Shown here: positions 22,205 to 33,933 of the stretch, piece by piece
Layout of the letters: each line of letters opens with the position of its first letter
How positions within the stretch are numbered: position 1 is the first letter of the stretch
NCBI GenBank assembly: GCA_965262915.1
Contig: OZ253564.1
Location: forward strand, 3,264,001 to 3,328,000
Reading direction: 5' to 3'
DNA from: Candidatus Spongiisociaceae bacterium
GTDB taxonomy: Bacteria; Actinomycetota; Acidimicrobiia; Spongiisociales; Spongiisociaceae
DNA: 64,000 nt
The notes under the pieces: model-generated
What the model was told of the DNA's origin: nothing
Seen by the model: the letters and a program-made list of their open reading frames with translations, nothing else
Databases searched by the model: none
Program-made: the position numbers and the translations under genes

Positions 22205-22846
22205 GTGGGCGCGACACACGAAGATCCGCCGGCTGAGCCAGACGGGGTTGGTTCCCGCAACCGCTCGGCTACCGCTGTCCTCCCGATCATCGTTGTCCTG
22301 CTGACCGCGGTCATCGGCGCGGTGGTGGTGCTCCGTACGGTCGGTGGCGAGGACCCGCCCGAACCGCCGTCCGGCGACGCAGCGGTGCCCGCCATCGACG
22401 TGGCGAGCTTTCCGAAGGGAGCGCTGGCCGGCGAACCGGCCCCCGAGATGTCGGTGCCCCTTTTCGACGGTTCCGAGTTCCTGCTCTCCCAGCACATGTC
22501 GGAGGACGGACGGCCGCTGGTGCTGAACCTGTGGGCCAGCTGGTGCACACCGTGCCGCCGGGAGATACCGGAGTTCTCCGAGGTTGCGGAGGCCAATCCG
22601 GATGTCGCTTTCCTGGGCGTGGCGGTGGAGGACGCCCGGGGCCCGGCAGAGGCGTTCGCGGCCGAGGTGGAAGCGTCCTACCCGCTGGGAATCGACCAGC
22701 ACCTGACCGTGAAGAACGGTTACCCGTTCATCGGGCTCCCCGTCACCTACCTGATCGCCTCCGACGGCACCGTCGCCCGCCAGATCCAGGGCCAGCTCAG
22801 CGGAGCCGCGCTGCAGGCCTTCATCGACCACGATTTCGATACCTGA
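22205..22846 (+). CDS. TlpA/ResA-like membrane-anchored thiol-disulfide oxidoreductase
   Basis: TM segment, VLNLWASWCTPC, GLPVTY. Start estimated. Confidence 0.9.
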   Translation: MGATHEDPPAEPDGVGSRNRSATAVLPIIVVLLTAVIGAVVVLRTVGGEDPPEPPSGDAAVPAIDVASFPKGALAGEPAPEMSVPLFDGSEFLLSQHMSEDGRPLVLNLWASWCTPCRREIPEFSEVAEANPDVAFLGVAVEDARGPAEAFAAEVEASYPLGIDQHLTVKNGYPFIGLPVTYLIASDGTVARQIQGQLSGAALQAFIDHDFDT

Positions 22847-22986
22847 ACGGTACCCGTAAGCGGTCCGCGTAGATTCTCGATGACCGGGCCGGCGCTCAGC
22901 TGAGCGTGACGGTGCGGACATGGGTACGGCCGAGCGGCCATCCGGTCCCGATCGAGATGGAGACCGTACCGCAGGTACCCATCCGA

Positions 22987-23487
22987 TCAATCCGTCCGGA
23001 TCCGGCGGAAGTCTCTCTGCCAGTAGAGGAGCGGTCTCGCGTGGTCGTAGAGGGCGGCCTGTTCGACATGCCCGATGAATATGGTGTGGTCGCCCGCTTC
23101 GACGAACTCGACGGTTCGGCACTCCAGGCAGGCGTAGGAATCCTCCGGGAGCCGTAGCCCGGCACCCTCGTAATCGGGTCTGGTCACCGCCAGGCCCTCG
23201 AACTTGTCGGGATCCTTGGAGGCGAACCGCAGCGCCACCCGGGCGGTCCCCTCGCGGAGCATGTTGACGGTGAACCCTTCGGCGATCCGCAGAGCTTCGA
23301 TGCTGTGCGATGAATGGTCGATGCAGATCAGGACGAGGGGAGGATCGAGCGACACCGACGTGAAGGCCGAGACGGTGAGGCCGTGGTGACGTTCGCCGGT
23401 GCAGCTCGTGACGACGGTGACGCTGGCCGCGAAGTTCGACATGATGTCGCGGAACAGGTCCTGGAACGAGGCGGATTCTGATCTCAA
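22987..23487 (-). CDS. Flavin reductase family protein
   Basis: FR..M..FA..VTVVT, GLT.SAFTSVSLDPPL, AGDHTIFIG, PLLY. Confidence 0.92.
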   Translation of the reverse strand: MRSESASFQDLFRDIMSNFAASVTVVTSCTGERHHGLTVSAFTSVSLDPPLVLICIDHSSHSIEALRIAEGFTVNMLREGTARVALRFASKDPDKFEGLAVTRPDYEGAGLRLPEDSYACLECRTVEFVEAGDHTIFIGHVEQAALYDHARPLLYWQRDFRRIRTD

Positions 23488-23517
23488 GCACGACTCCCTT
23501 CCCGGCAGGCAGGCTAG

Positions 23518-23780
23518 TAGTGGTCTGTCTGCGAGATGGCGGTGTGACATGCGCCGGCAGCGACGTTACTCGCAAGGCCCGCCGACGAAGGGCGTACCCG
23601 CAGCGGTACGTCGAGGAGGCGGAACGCCGCGAGGGACGTCGATGGCAAGCAGGACACAGCGAATCATCTCGCAGGCGGACCACTGAGCGTCTGTCTGCGA
23701 GATGGCGGTGTGACATGCGCCGGCAGCGGCCATCGATGGCAGACAGGGCACAGCGAGGTATCTTGCGCACGAGCCACCAC
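23518..23780 (+). mobile_element. Structured repeat family B, copy 1 (~166 bp, 23519-23684) plus internally deleted tandem copy
   Basis: Ends AGTGGTCTG...GGACCACT; homologous to the reverse complement of 34631-34794; GTCTGTCTGCGAGATGGCGGTGTGACATGCGCCGGCAGCG recurs at ~23689. Confidence 0.8.
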
Positions 23781-23800
23781 ACGCCCCTAACCTGGTATCC

Positions 23801-25381
23801 GTGACACATCCCGTCCCGCTCCGGACCGCTCGAGGGTTCGGTATCACCGCAGTAGCACCCCACGAGTTGTCCACCCTGGCAGCACTGGAAGTCATGCAGG
23901 CAGGCGGGAACGCAGCGGACGGAGCCATGGCCGCCAACGCGGTGCAGGGCGTCGTCGCCCCCGAGACGTGCGGGATCGGAGGTGACCTGTTCGCTCTGGT
24001 CCATGTACCGGGGACGCCGGCTCCCGCGTGCCTGAACGCTTCGGGCCGGGCAGGGTCGGGCGCAAGCGCCCGGGCGTTGAGGGACCGGGGCCACACGACC
24101 ATGCCTCTCTACGGACCGGCCACCGTAACCGTGCCCGGCTGCGTCGACGGCTGGTACGCGCTGGCCGGCCGCTACGGTTCCCTGCCGCTCTCCGAGGTGC
24201 TCGCCCCCGCTCTCCGGCTGGCGCGAGGGGGGTTCCCGGCCTCGTCGGAGCTGTCGGCGACATGGGCCCGTCATGCCCACCGCCTCCGGACCCAGCCGTC
24301 GGCGGCGCCCATGTTCCCCGGCGGCCGACCACCGCTGGTCGGGCAGCGGATCACCCGGCCCTACCTCGCCGAGACCCTCGGGGCGGTCATCTCAGGGCGT
24401 GACAGCTTCTACCTCGAGCGGGTCGGCGCCGCCATAACCAAGGCGACCGGCAACGCCATAACGAGCGAAGACCTGGACCGGCCCCAGGCTGACTGGGTGG
24501 AACCGTTGTCCGGGAACCTGTTCGGCCTCACCGCCTGGACAACACCCCCCAACAGCCAGGGATACCTGACCCTGGCAACGCTGTCCATCTTCGAGATGCT
24601 GGAGGTGACGACGGATCCCGTACGTCCGGCTTACTGGCACAGCCTGATCGAGGCATACCGCTCGGTCGCCTGGGAACGAAACCACCTCCTGGCGGATCCG
24701 TCCCGAGGCGCACCGGGCTCCGAGCTCCTCGACCCCGACCTGCTCCAACGCCGGGCCGCCGTGATCCGACCGCACCGGGCCGGCCGCTGGGAGCGCCCCG
24801 TACCGGCCGCCGGGGGTACTGCCTACATGTGTGCCGTGGACGGTAACGGGATGGGCGTCTCGCTCATCCAGTCCAACTTCCACGGGATCGGCTCGGGGCT
24901 CTCGGCGGGCCGCACCGGAGTCTGGCTGCACAATCGCGGCGCGGGTTTCAGCCTCACCCCGGGGCATCGTAACGAGCTGGCGCCCGGACGGAGGCCGCTC
25001 CATACCCTGTCCCCCACCATCTGGACCCGGGGAGATCGGCTCGCCCTGGTTCTGGGTACCAGAGGCGGGCACCAGCAACCGCAGCTGCTGGCCCAGGTAG
25101 CCGCCAACCACTTCCACGCCGGCCTCGACCTGGCCGATGCCCAAGCCCTTCCCCGCTGGACTATCGGCGACATCGGCACTGCCGCGTCGGAGCCGGCCGT
25201 GGAAGATCGCGTCGACACATCCTTCGCCGACTCCCTCAGAGATCGTGGCCACGATGTGACGATCGCAGATCGATGGATGGCGGATTGGGGACCGGTGTCG
25301 GCCATCCGGATCGGTCGCCACGGGCTCCGCGAGGCGGTGGCCGATCCCCGGGTGGACACGGCACTGGCCCTCAGCCGATGA
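23801..25381 (+). CDS. ggt: Gamma-glutamyltransferase family protein
   Basis: GGNAADGA, CGIGGDLF, TVPG.V.GW, PPNSQG, GTAYM...D..G..VS.IQS, HNRG.GF, RPLHTL. Confidence 0.9.
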   Translation: MTHPVPLRTARGFGITAVAPHELSTLAALEVMQAGGNAADGAMAANAVQGVVAPETCGIGGDLFALVHVPGTPAPACLNASGRAGSGASARALRDRGHTTMPLYGPATVTVPGCVDGWYALAGRYGSLPLSEVLAPALRLARGGFPASSELSATWARHAHRLRTQPSAAPMFPGGRPPLVGQRITRPYLAETLGAVISGRDSFYLERVGAAITKATGNAITSEDLDRPQADWVEPLSGNLFGLTAWTTPPNSQGYLTLATLSIFEMLEVTTDPVRPAYWHSLIEAYRSVAWERNHLLADPSRGAPGSELLDPDLLQRRAAVIRPHRAGRWERPVPAAGGTAYMCAVDGNGMGVSLIQSNFHGIGSGLSAGRTGVWLHNRGAGFSLTPGHRNELAPGRRPLHTLSPTIWTRGDRLALVLGTRGGHQQPQLLAQVAANHFHAGLDLADAQALPRWTIGDIGTAASEPAVEDRVDTSFADSLRDRGHDVTIADRWMADWGPVSAIRIGRHGLREAVADPRVDTALALSR

Positions 25382-25397
25382 TTGACCGGGGCGATGC

Positions 25398-26417
25398 TCA
25401 GCCCCTCATCGCCGCTACCGCCACCGCCCATTCCTCGTCTGTGACGGATCCCATCCCGCCACCCAAGGCGTAGTAGCCAACCCGGTCCAGCAGACCTTCG
25501 TACCGGGCCCGGACAGCCTCCCCAAGCTGATCGATAGGTGCCTCCACGGCCATCTCGGCCAGCGCCTCGTCAGGGATCGCTCCTGCCATCTCGGCCCATT
25601 CGCCTCGCTTCGACATGGCCGTGAGAAGGGGACCGAAGTCCCACCCGTGAACCTCGAGGACGCTGCGGTAGGCAGGCGTGGAGGCGTAGAAGGCGATCTG
25701 CTGCCTCACCTGGGCGCGCATGTCCGCCATCTCACTCTCATCCCGGCCGGTGATCACGAACACGGTCGACGCCAGCTCGACCGCATCGACCGGCCTGCCC
25801 GCCGCGCGTGCGCCTTCGGCCATGGCGGGCAGGGTCACCTCACGCAGGAACCTGACCGTATGGAACGGGTGGACGTGGTATCCGTCACACATCTCACCGG
25901 CGAGGCGGGACATGTACGGGCCGACCCCTGCTATGTAGACAGGTATCCGGGGGTGCTCGATCGGTCCGGGGTTGAAGAAGGGGGTCATGAGGGTGAAGGA
26001 GTAGAACTCGCCCCTAAAACGGAGGGGCACGCCGTTCTGCCACGTATTCCAGATGGCCCTCAGAGCCCGGATGAACTCGGCCAACCGGGCGGCCGGCGAG
26101 CCCCACGGCATCGAGAACCTACGCTGCACGTGCGGCTTGATCTGGGTGCCGAGACCGAGAAGGAACCGCCCCCGCGTGAGGGAAGCCAGGTCCCAGGCCG
26201 TCTGGGCCACCACCATCGGGGAACGGGCGAAGGCCACCGCGATGGCGGTCCCCAGGTCCAGACCGGGAGCAGCGGGCGCGGCAGCCACGATGGGAAGGAA
26301 CGGCTCGTGGGCGCTGTCGGCCGTGAAGATGCCGTCGTAGCCGATGTCCCGTGCCCGGGCCGCCCGCCGGGAGACCGCTTCGAGCCGGCCATCGGGAAGG
26401 TAGTAATCGATCTTCAT
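25398..26417 (-). CDS. F420-dependent LLM class oxidoreductase (TIGR03617-like)
   Basis: H.PFLP, GTAIAVAFARSP, GRF.LGLG.Q.KPH..RRFS.PW, LMTPFF.P, FYASTPAY. Confidence 0.88.
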   Translation of the reverse strand: MKIDYYLPDGRLEAVSRRAARARDIGYDGIFTADSAHEPFLPIVAAAPAAPGLDLGTAIAVAFARSPMVVAQTAWDLASLTRGRFLLGLGTQIKPHVQRRFSMPWGSPAARLAEFIRALRAIWNTWQNGVPLRFRGEFYSFTLMTPFFNPGPIEHPRIPVYIAGVGPYMSRLAGEMCDGYHVHPFHTVRFLREVTLPAMAEGARAAGRPVDAVELASTVFVITGRDESEMADMRAQVRQQIAFYASTPAYRSVLEVHGWDFGPLLTAMSKRGEWAEMAGAIPDEALAEMAVEAPIDQLGEAVRARYEGLLDRVGYYALGGGMGSVTDEEWAVAVAAMRG

Positions 26418-26439
26418 GCCCTTCCTTCCCTAAACCGCC

Positions 26440-26546
26440 CCGGGAGGGTGCTGAGAGACGCCACGTTGGCCCGCCGGTCGATGACCGGATGCCGCGTCAG
26501 CGGACGACGGGCCAACCATCTCTACCCGTTCTCAGAACTCCCCCGC
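26440..26546 (-). mobile_element. MITE-like family A, diverged copy
   Basis: Shares GTCAGCGGACGACGGGCCAACCAT exactly with the reverse complement of the 47954 copy; stem GTTGGCCCG/CGGGCCAAC. Confidence 0.65.
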
Positions 26547-26683
26547 CGGGACAAGGCTACCGGCGACCACGACCAGCAACCGGTTAGAACTGCGACATGG
26601 GTACCATCCGTACACGGTCACTACGACCGGGTACAGTAGGCAGGGCCTGCAGGACCAGAATCCGGAAGGAACGAGGCACGGCC

Positions 26684-27010
26684 ATGAAGCGGCTGCTGAA
26701 ATTATTTGCTTTCCTCGGGGGTCTCGGGGCGGTGGGATGGCTGATCCGGCACCGGTTTATCAGCATGACCATGAATCGGGAACCGGAACTCCCCGAAATG
26801 GCGCCCGAGCCCGTAGTCGACCCTCCGCCCACCAGCGACCTCACCCGGCTCGACGGTATCGCGCCGGATGACGTCGACCGCTTCTACTCGGCAGGCATCA
26901 CCACTGCTGCGCAGCTCGCCGCGGCCGATGCCCGAACCCTCGCAGCCCGGACGGGGATAGACGAGGCGCAACTGCTTACCTGGATCGAGCAGGCCGGCAC
27001 CCTCGCCTGA
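26684..27010 (+). CDS. Membrane-anchored helix-hairpin-helix (DUF4332-like) protein
   Basis: N-terminal TM; DLTRLDGI......F..AGITT..QLA.AD...L....GI......WIEQA. Confidence 0.7.
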   Translation: MKRLLKLFAFLGGLGAVGWLIRHRFISMTMNREPELPEMAPEPVVDPPPTSDLTRLDGIAPDDVDRFYSAGITTAAQLAAADARTLAARTGIDEAQLLTWIEQAGTLA

Positions 27011-27038
27011 GCACCGGGAAACCTCGCCGGTCCGCCTC

Positions 27039-28034
27039 CTAATCCCGATCGACCAGGGCGCCGAATCCTCCTCCTGTGTGCCAGAATACGACGTGGTCGT
27101 CGCGGTCGAACCGACCCTTGGCGATTTCGATTCGAAGGCCGTAGATCGCTTTGCCGGTGTAGGTCGGGTCGAAGAGCAACCCCGTAAGCCGGGTAGCCTC
27201 GGCCTGTACCTCGACCAGTTCATCGGTCACCCGCGCGTACCCGCCGGTCAGGTAGCGATCGATGTACTCGAGGGGTGGTGACGGCATCTCGCCTCCGAAG
27301 GCTTCAACCCCGGATGACCAGATCCGCCTCACACGAGCCACCAACGAATCGGCGGGTTCCGAGATACAGAGCGCCACGATGGGAGTACGGAAACCGGCCC
27401 GGTCCGCCCCCCAGCCGAATCCGGAGGTGGTGCCTCCGGACGAGCCCGTGTGCCATATCTCGGCCACGTCCTGGCCGATCACCTGCGGGATCTGCTCGAT
27501 CAGTTCCCCGAATCCCAGCGACATCCCCCACATCCCCAGCCTGTCGGAGGCGCCTTGAGGAATCACCCACACCTTGCGGCCTACCGCCTCCAACCGTCCC
27601 GCATCCTCGGCCATGATGGCGTCCCGATCCTCCCACTCGTCCACCGAGATGTAACGGATGGTGGCGCCGGCCAGCGAATCGATCAGCAGGTTGGCCACCG
27701 CTCTGGCGGGTTTCTTACCGTCGGCGGTACGGAGGACCAGCCGCACGTCGAAGCCGAGCCGCGCGCAGGCGAGTGCGGTAGCCCGGCAGTGGTTGGACTG
27801 GACCGCCCCGCACGTGATCACCGTGTCGGCACCCGCTTCCCGGGCCGCCGCCAGATGGAACTCAAGCTTTCGAACCTTGTTGCCGGACAGGCCGAAGCCG
27901 GTCAGATCATCACGCTTCACCCATATATGAGGACCGCCCCAGGCTTCCCGCAGGCGGGGGAACTCCTCGAGCGGAGTGGGCTTGTAAGCAAGATCGATCC
28001 GGGGTAGCAGCTGACGCAGAGACAATTCGGACAC
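27039..28034 (-). CDS. D-cysteine desulfhydrase/ACC deaminase family PLP enzyme
   Basis: PTPLE, WVKRDDLTG..LSGNKVRKLEF, QSNHCR, DPTYTGKA, FWHTGG. Confidence 0.92.
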   Translation of the reverse strand: MSELSLRQLLPRIDLAYKPTPLEEFPRLREAWGGPHIWVKRDDLTGFGLSGNKVRKLEFHLAAAREAGADTVITCGAVQSNHCRATALACARLGFDVRLVLRTADGKKPARAVANLLIDSLAGATIRYISVDEWEDRDAIMAEDAGRLEAVGRKVWVIPQGASDRLGMWGMSLGFGELIEQIPQVIGQDVAEIWHTGSSGGTTSGFGWGADRAGFRTPIVALCISEPADSLVARVRRIWSSGVEAFGGEMPSPPLEYIDRYLTGGYARVTDELVEVQAEATRLTGLLFDPTYTGKAIYGLRIEIAKGRFDRDDHVVFWHTGGGFGALVDRD

Positions 28035-28160
28035 CTTCCTGAAGCTGACCGGAAGACTACCGCGCCTCCCGGCAATCAGGACCGACCCTTGGCCGGCCGT
28101 GGCAGGTGATCCGTCGGCTCCCGAGGCTCTGGGTCTTCGATCTCATAAGCTTGCGAGTAG

Positions 28161-28182
28161 GGCTGTGACATTTATCACAGCC
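28161..28182. promoter_or_regulatory. CRP/GlxR-type palindromic operator
   Basis: ggcTGTGAcatttaTCACAgcc, a perfect TGTGA-N6-TCACA in an AT-rich divergent intergenic region. Confidence 0.6.
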
Positions 28183-28344
28183 TGATGTATATTATAAACC
28201 AAAACAAAACACTACAGTTTATAAGCTCGCCATGCCGAGGTTCCCGCCGGAGCAGCCGGTTCCCAGGCCTGGCCCGTGCTACATTGCGATGAGGAAGTGG
28301 ACTCCCGCCTTTTCATCCGGACCGGAAGGGAGTGGTGGGGATTT

Positions 28345-28590
28345 ATGAGCCCGGAAGTCCTACGAGAGGGTCCCTTTCGGTTCTTTTTCTGGTCGGGAGA
28401 CCGCGGGCATCCGCCGCATATCCATGTACGGAGGGACGACAAGACAGCAAGGTTCTCGCTGGAACCGGTACAGCCGGAGAGCAGTGGTCGAATGACAGCA
28501 AAAGAGATCGGACAGATCCAGAAGATCATCACGAGAAACCGAGACACCATGCTGAGGGCTTGGTATGAAACTTTCCGAGAACAAGGATAG
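28345..28590 (+). CDS. DUF4160 family protein (putative TA toxin)
   Basis: P..LR.GPFRFFF.S.D...PPHIHV....AR F.L.PV...W.E.F. Confidence 0.85.
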   Translation: MSPEVLREGPFRFFFWSGDRGHPPHIHVRRDDKTARFSLEPVQPESSGRMTAKEIGQIQKIITRNRDTMLRAWYETFREQG

Positions 28591-28924
28591 GTGCCCGCGG
28601 GCCCAGAAGGTGGAGGTCACACGGGACACTCTCACGATCCGGTTACGCGACGGCCGGACCCTCACCGTCCCGCTCGCGTGGTACCCGCGGCTGCACGACG
28701 GTACGTTCGAGGAACGCAGCAAATGGGAGCTGATAGGTGACGGTATCGGGATACATTGGGCGGACCTAGACGAGGATATCAGCGTTGAGCACCTGCTCGC
28801 CGGTGTCCGGTCGTCCGAAAGCAGCCAGTCCCTGGCTCGATGGATGCTGGCGCGCCGAGCAGGTCGCGGGGTGACCCTGCACGAGATCGCGGCGCACCGA
28901 GACGCTCGCAGCACCGCCCTCTAA
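28565..28924 (+). CDS. DUF2442 family protein (putative antitoxin)
   Basis: L.DGR.L.VPLAWYPRL..GT.EER..WELIG.G.GIHW.DLDEDISVE.LL.G; overlaps DUF4160. Confidence 0.88.
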   Translation: MKLSENKDRCPRAQKVEVTRDTLTIRLRDGRTLTVPLAWYPRLHDGTFEERSKWELIGDGIGIHWADLDEDISVEHLLAGVRSSESSQSLARWMLARRAGRGVTLHEIAAHRDARSTAL

Positions 28925-28984
28925 CCCGTCCTTCACCATAACTGCGCATGGCCGCCGGATCCGGGGCCACGGCATCAGGGTCTA

Positions 28985-29026
28985 CAAGAAAGGCGGCCCG
29001 TCGCTCGGGACGGGCCGCCTTTCTTG
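28985..29026. terminator. Bidirectional intrinsic terminator after groEL
   Basis: CAAGAAAGGCGGCCCGTC...GACGGGCCGCCTTTCTTG. Confidence 0.85.
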
Positions 29027-29046
29027 CGTTTGTGACGATGGTGTGA

Positions 29047-30705
<1,659 letters not shown>

Positions 30706-30728
30706 CTAATCCTGTCCTACAGCAACCG

Positions 30729-31019
30729 TCAACCGACGATCGCCAACAGGTCGCGGGACGAGAGGATCAGATACTCATCGCCTTCATGTTTCAATTCGGT
30801 GCCTCCGAACTTGGAGTAGACGACCACATCACCCTCGGATACATCGAGGGGGATCCGCTCTCCGTCATCACTCAGATCACCAGGCCCCACAGCCATAATC
30901 GTTCCGGTCTGTGGTTTTTCCTTGGCCGTGTCGGGGATTACCAGTCCCGACGACGTGCGCTGCTCGTCATCCTCGTTGGGCCTGACGATCACACGGCCGC
31001 CGAGTGGCTTCAGATTCAT
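30729..31019 (-). CDS. groS: Co-chaperonin GroES
   Basis: [34 protein letters not shown]. Confidence 0.98.
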   Translation of the reverse strand: MNLKPLGGRVIVRPNEDDEQRTSSGLVIPDTAKEKPQTGTIMAVGPGDLSDDGERIPLDVSEGDVVVYSKFGGTELKHEGDEYLILSSRDLLAIVG

Positions 31020-31134
31020 CCGAAGTCCTCCTTAAACAGGTGAATATGCGTACAAAGCGCCAACCGCCCGATCGGGCGGCACCGGTGTCAGGGACAGTCT
31101 GCGAAGCGATTCGCCGACAGACCGCTGGGCCGGA

Positions 31135-31191
31135 TTGGCACTCGTACCTTACGAGTGCCAAACGCTAGCAGACTCTGCCGGAGAGTGCTAA
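31135..31191. promoter_or_regulatory. Two tandem CIRCE (HrcA) operators
   Basis: TTGGCACTC-N9-GAGTGCCAA (31135-31161) and CTAGCAGAC-N9-GAGTGCTAA (31165-31191) upstream of groES. Confidence 0.92.
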
Positions 31192-31260
31192 TCCGGTGGC
31201 TGGTGGTGAGTGGCCGGTCGTCGAGGATCGGTGTCCAGCGCTGTGGTCATTCGCCACTGA

Positions 31261-32265
31261 TCACAACTTCATGGAGGAGTCGACGCCGACCGACCAGGGA
31301 GTGTAGTCGCCTTGTTCGAGGCGGTGCGAGGCGGCCGCTCCGATCATGGCGCCGTTGTCGGTACACATGACCGGCCTCGGCAGGAACAACCCGATGCCCC
31401 GCCGGTCCGCCTCTTCCTGCAGGCGAAGACGCAGGCGCCGGTTGGCCAGCACACCCCCACCACCCCCCACTATCTCGACACGGTGATCCTCCACCGCGTT
31501 CATGGTCTTGCCCACCAGCACATCGACGATCGCCTCTTGAATCGAAGCAGCCGCGTCTTCGATGCACGGTAGCGATCCCGATGCCCGGGCCTTCTCGAGC
31601 CGCGTCACCACCGATGTCTTGAGGCCGGAGAACGAGAAGTCGTACCTGCGGTGGGCCAGGGCACGAGGGAACCTGATCGCTTCGGGATCACCCCGCTCGG
31701 ACAGGGCGTCGATGGCCGGTCCGCCGGGGAACCCGAGACCCATGAACCTGGCCAGCTTGTCGAAGGCTTCCCCGGCGGCATCGTCGATGGTCTGACCCAG
31801 GACCCGGTAGTCGCCCCATCCGTTCACCAGGACCACCTGGCTGTGGCCACCCGAAGCCAGGAGCACCACCGCCGGGGGCCGGAAGTCGTCAAAGTCCAGC
31901 CGGGGGGCGAACAGATGGCCCTCCATGTGGTCGATGCCGATGAAGGGAAGGCCCCGGCTCCAGGCCATGGCCTTGGCGAACGAGAACCCCACCAGCAGTG
32001 ATCCCACCAGTCCGGGACCCCGGGTGGCGGCGATACCGTCCAGGTCATGGGGATGGACACCGGCTTCTCCCAGCGCTCGGTGGGTGAGCGAGCGGATGGC
32101 CTCGACGTGGGCCCGGGCCGCCACCTCCGGCACGATGCCCCCGAAGCGGGCGTGTTCCTCCACCTGGGATGACAGTATGTTGGACAGGACCCGGCGGCCC
32201 TCCACCACCGCGACCGCCGTCTCGTCGCAGGAGGTCTCGAATGCCAGGATGACCGGTCCGCTCAC
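31261..32265 (-). CDS. tsaD: tRNA t6A37 threonylcarbamoyltransferase
   Basis: [62 protein letters not shown] overlap with rimI. Confidence 0.97.
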   Translation of the reverse strand: MSGPVILAFETSCDETAVAVVEGRRVLSNILSSQVEEHARFGGIVPEVAARAHVEAIRSLTHRALGEAGVHPHDLDGIAATRGPGLVGSLLVGFSFAKAMAWSRGLPFIGIDHMEGHLFAPRLDFDDFRPPAVVLLASGGHSQVVLVNGWGDYRVLGQTIDDAAGEAFDKLARFMGLGFPGGPAIDALSERGDPEAIRFPRALAHRRYDFSFSGLKTSVVTRLEKARASGSLPCIEDAAASIQEAIVDVLVGKTMNAVEDHRVEIVGGGGGVLANRRLRLRLQEEADRRGIGLFLPRPVMCTDNGAMIGAAASHRLEQGDYTPWSVGVDSSMKL

Positions 32266-32762
32266 GGCAGAGCCTCCTCGATCCGATCGAGCCGGTCCCG
32301 GTAGTCGGCCCCTCCGATGTCGTGAGCCCACATGATCAGAGCGTCGTCATCCTGGTAGTAGTGCTTGCGAACCCCGACAGGCGCCAGACCGAACTTGCGA
32401 TAGAACTCCTGTGCCCGGCGGTTGGAAGCCCTCACCTCGAGTGTCACTTGTTCTGCACCGCTCTCCAATCCTCTCGCCACCAGAGACAGCATGAGGCGGG
32501 TACCGACCGCGGGTACCGACACGGGACGCGCCGCTGCCAGGGTATTGATGTGCGCGTCCTCCCCCACCACCGTCAGCCCTCCGTAACCGACCACCCGCCC
32601 GGCGTGCTCCGCCACCAGGTAGCACCGGCCCGGGGCTTCCATCTCGTCCAGGAACACCTGGCGGGACCACGGTATCGAGAAGGTCGCTTCCTCCACCTCC
32701 ATCACCTGGTCCAGGTCCGCGGAACGCATCTCCCTCACCAGGGTCCCGGTTCTCATCGCCAC
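32262..32762 (-). CDS. rimI: Ribosomal protein S18 N-acetyltransferase
   Basis: E..TF..PWS, AHI.T.A, LEVR.SN..AQ..Y.KFG...G.RK.YY..DDA.IM. Confidence 0.9.
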   Translation of the reverse strand: MAMRTGTLVREMRSADLDQVMEVEEATFSIPWSRQVFLDEMEAPGRCYLVAEHAGRVVGYGGLTVVGEDAHINTLAAARPVSVPAVGTRLMLSLVARGLESGAEQVTLEVRASNRRAQEFYRKFGLAPVGVRKHYYQDDDALIMWAHDIGGADYRDRLDRIEEALP

Positions 32763-33457
32763 AAGCCGCCCTCGCGGCGATGCACCGAACCGAGCATGAC
32801 ATCGGGCTCCCGCATGTACCGGGGCCTCACATCGTCGGGATGGCCGAACTCACTCCGCCCGGCCCTGGCCGCAACCAGATCGGTGAGCGCGGCGGCCGAG
32901 GGGTAGCGCGGCCTTCCCGTCTTCACGCGGCGTAGGCCTCTGAGAACGGAGGCCGGGAGCACCTTCCAGTCACCCACCACCAGCACATCCCGGCCATCGG
33001 ATTCCAGGATCCCCCGGAAGTGTTCGTACCCGACCAGTTCCGGTTGGGAATCCATCACCGCTCCTCCGGGTACGGGCTGGTAGCCGGCTACCGCGACCTC
33101 CTTGCGGCGAACATCGACCACCGACCAGATATGCCGGTGACCGGTGGCAGCCCGAATGGCCAGCGCGTCGAGGGAGGACGCCGCCATGATGGGGACACCC
33201 AGCATGGCGGCCAGTCCCTGGGCGGTGGCTATACCCACCCGGATACCGGTGAACAGCCCCGGACCGGTGTCCACCACCACGACATCGATGTGACCGGGCC
33301 TCCAGCCGGCCTGGTCGAAGCAGAAGTCGATTGCCGGCACCAGGAAGTTGTCGTGGCCGGTGCTCCCGCCGCGACTTGCCGAAGCCACCAACACCCGGTC
33401 CTCGACGAGAGCCACCGATGATGAACCGGCGGCGGTCTCGATACCGAGGATCCTCAC
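32753..33457 (-). CDS. tsaB: t6A biosynthesis protein TsaB
   Basis: ILGIETA, GPG.FTG.RVG...AQGLA, SLDALA, P.Y.R.PD. Confidence 0.93.
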   Translation of the reverse strand: MRILGIETAAGSSSVALVEDRVLVASASRGGSTGHDNFLVPAIDFCFDQAGWRPGHIDVVVVDTGPGLFTGIRVGIATAQGLAAMLGVPIMAASSLDALAIRAATGHRHIWSVVDVRRKEVAVAGYQPVPGGAVMDSQPELVGYEHFRGILESDGRDVLVVGDWKVLPASVLRGLRRVKTGRPRYPSAAALTDLVAARAGRSEFGHPDDVRPRYMREPDVMLGSVHRREGGLWR

Positions 33458-33933
33458 GACGCCCTCCCCATCGAGGCGACCTCCACCAATCCCTCCAGCG
33501 GTCGATCCAACCAGGAACCGCGGGGGGTGAAGCGGATGGTGCGGGCTCCGTCGCCGGTCCCCATGAGCTCGACGGTCAGGTAGGTGTCGGGGAGCAACCC
33601 GGCCACGGCATCGCCCCACTCGATCATCAGCAGCCCGCCACGTGCCAGGTCCACAAGATCGAGGTCCTCGAACTCACCGGACGATCCGAGCCGGTACACG
33701 TCGGCGTGGACCAGCGGCATGAAGCCGTCCCGGTAGGTCCGCACCAGCACGAAACTCGGGGAGGGGGGTGATTCGGCGACCCCGAGACCCTCGGCGATTC
33801 CGGCCGCCAGCACCGTCTTGCCGGCGCCGAGCGGTCCCGTCAGCAAGATGATGTCCCCCCGATGCACCAGTGCCGCCAGCGCTCGGCCCAGGCGTCTCGT
33901 GTCGGCGGCCGTGGCCGCTTCCACGACGATCAT
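33454..33933 (-). CDS. tsaE: t6A biosynthesis ATPase TsaE
   Basis: L.GPLGAGKT, SPSF.L...Y, H.D.YRL, IEWG. Confidence 0.95.
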   Translation of the reverse strand: MIVVEAATAADTRRLGRALAALVHRGDIILLTGPLGAGKTVLAAGIAEGLGVAESPPSPSFVLVRTYRDGFMPLVHADVYRLGSSGEFEDLDLVDLARGGLLMIEWGDAVAGLLPDTYLTVELMGTGDGARTIRFTPRGSWLDRPLEGLVEVASMGRAS

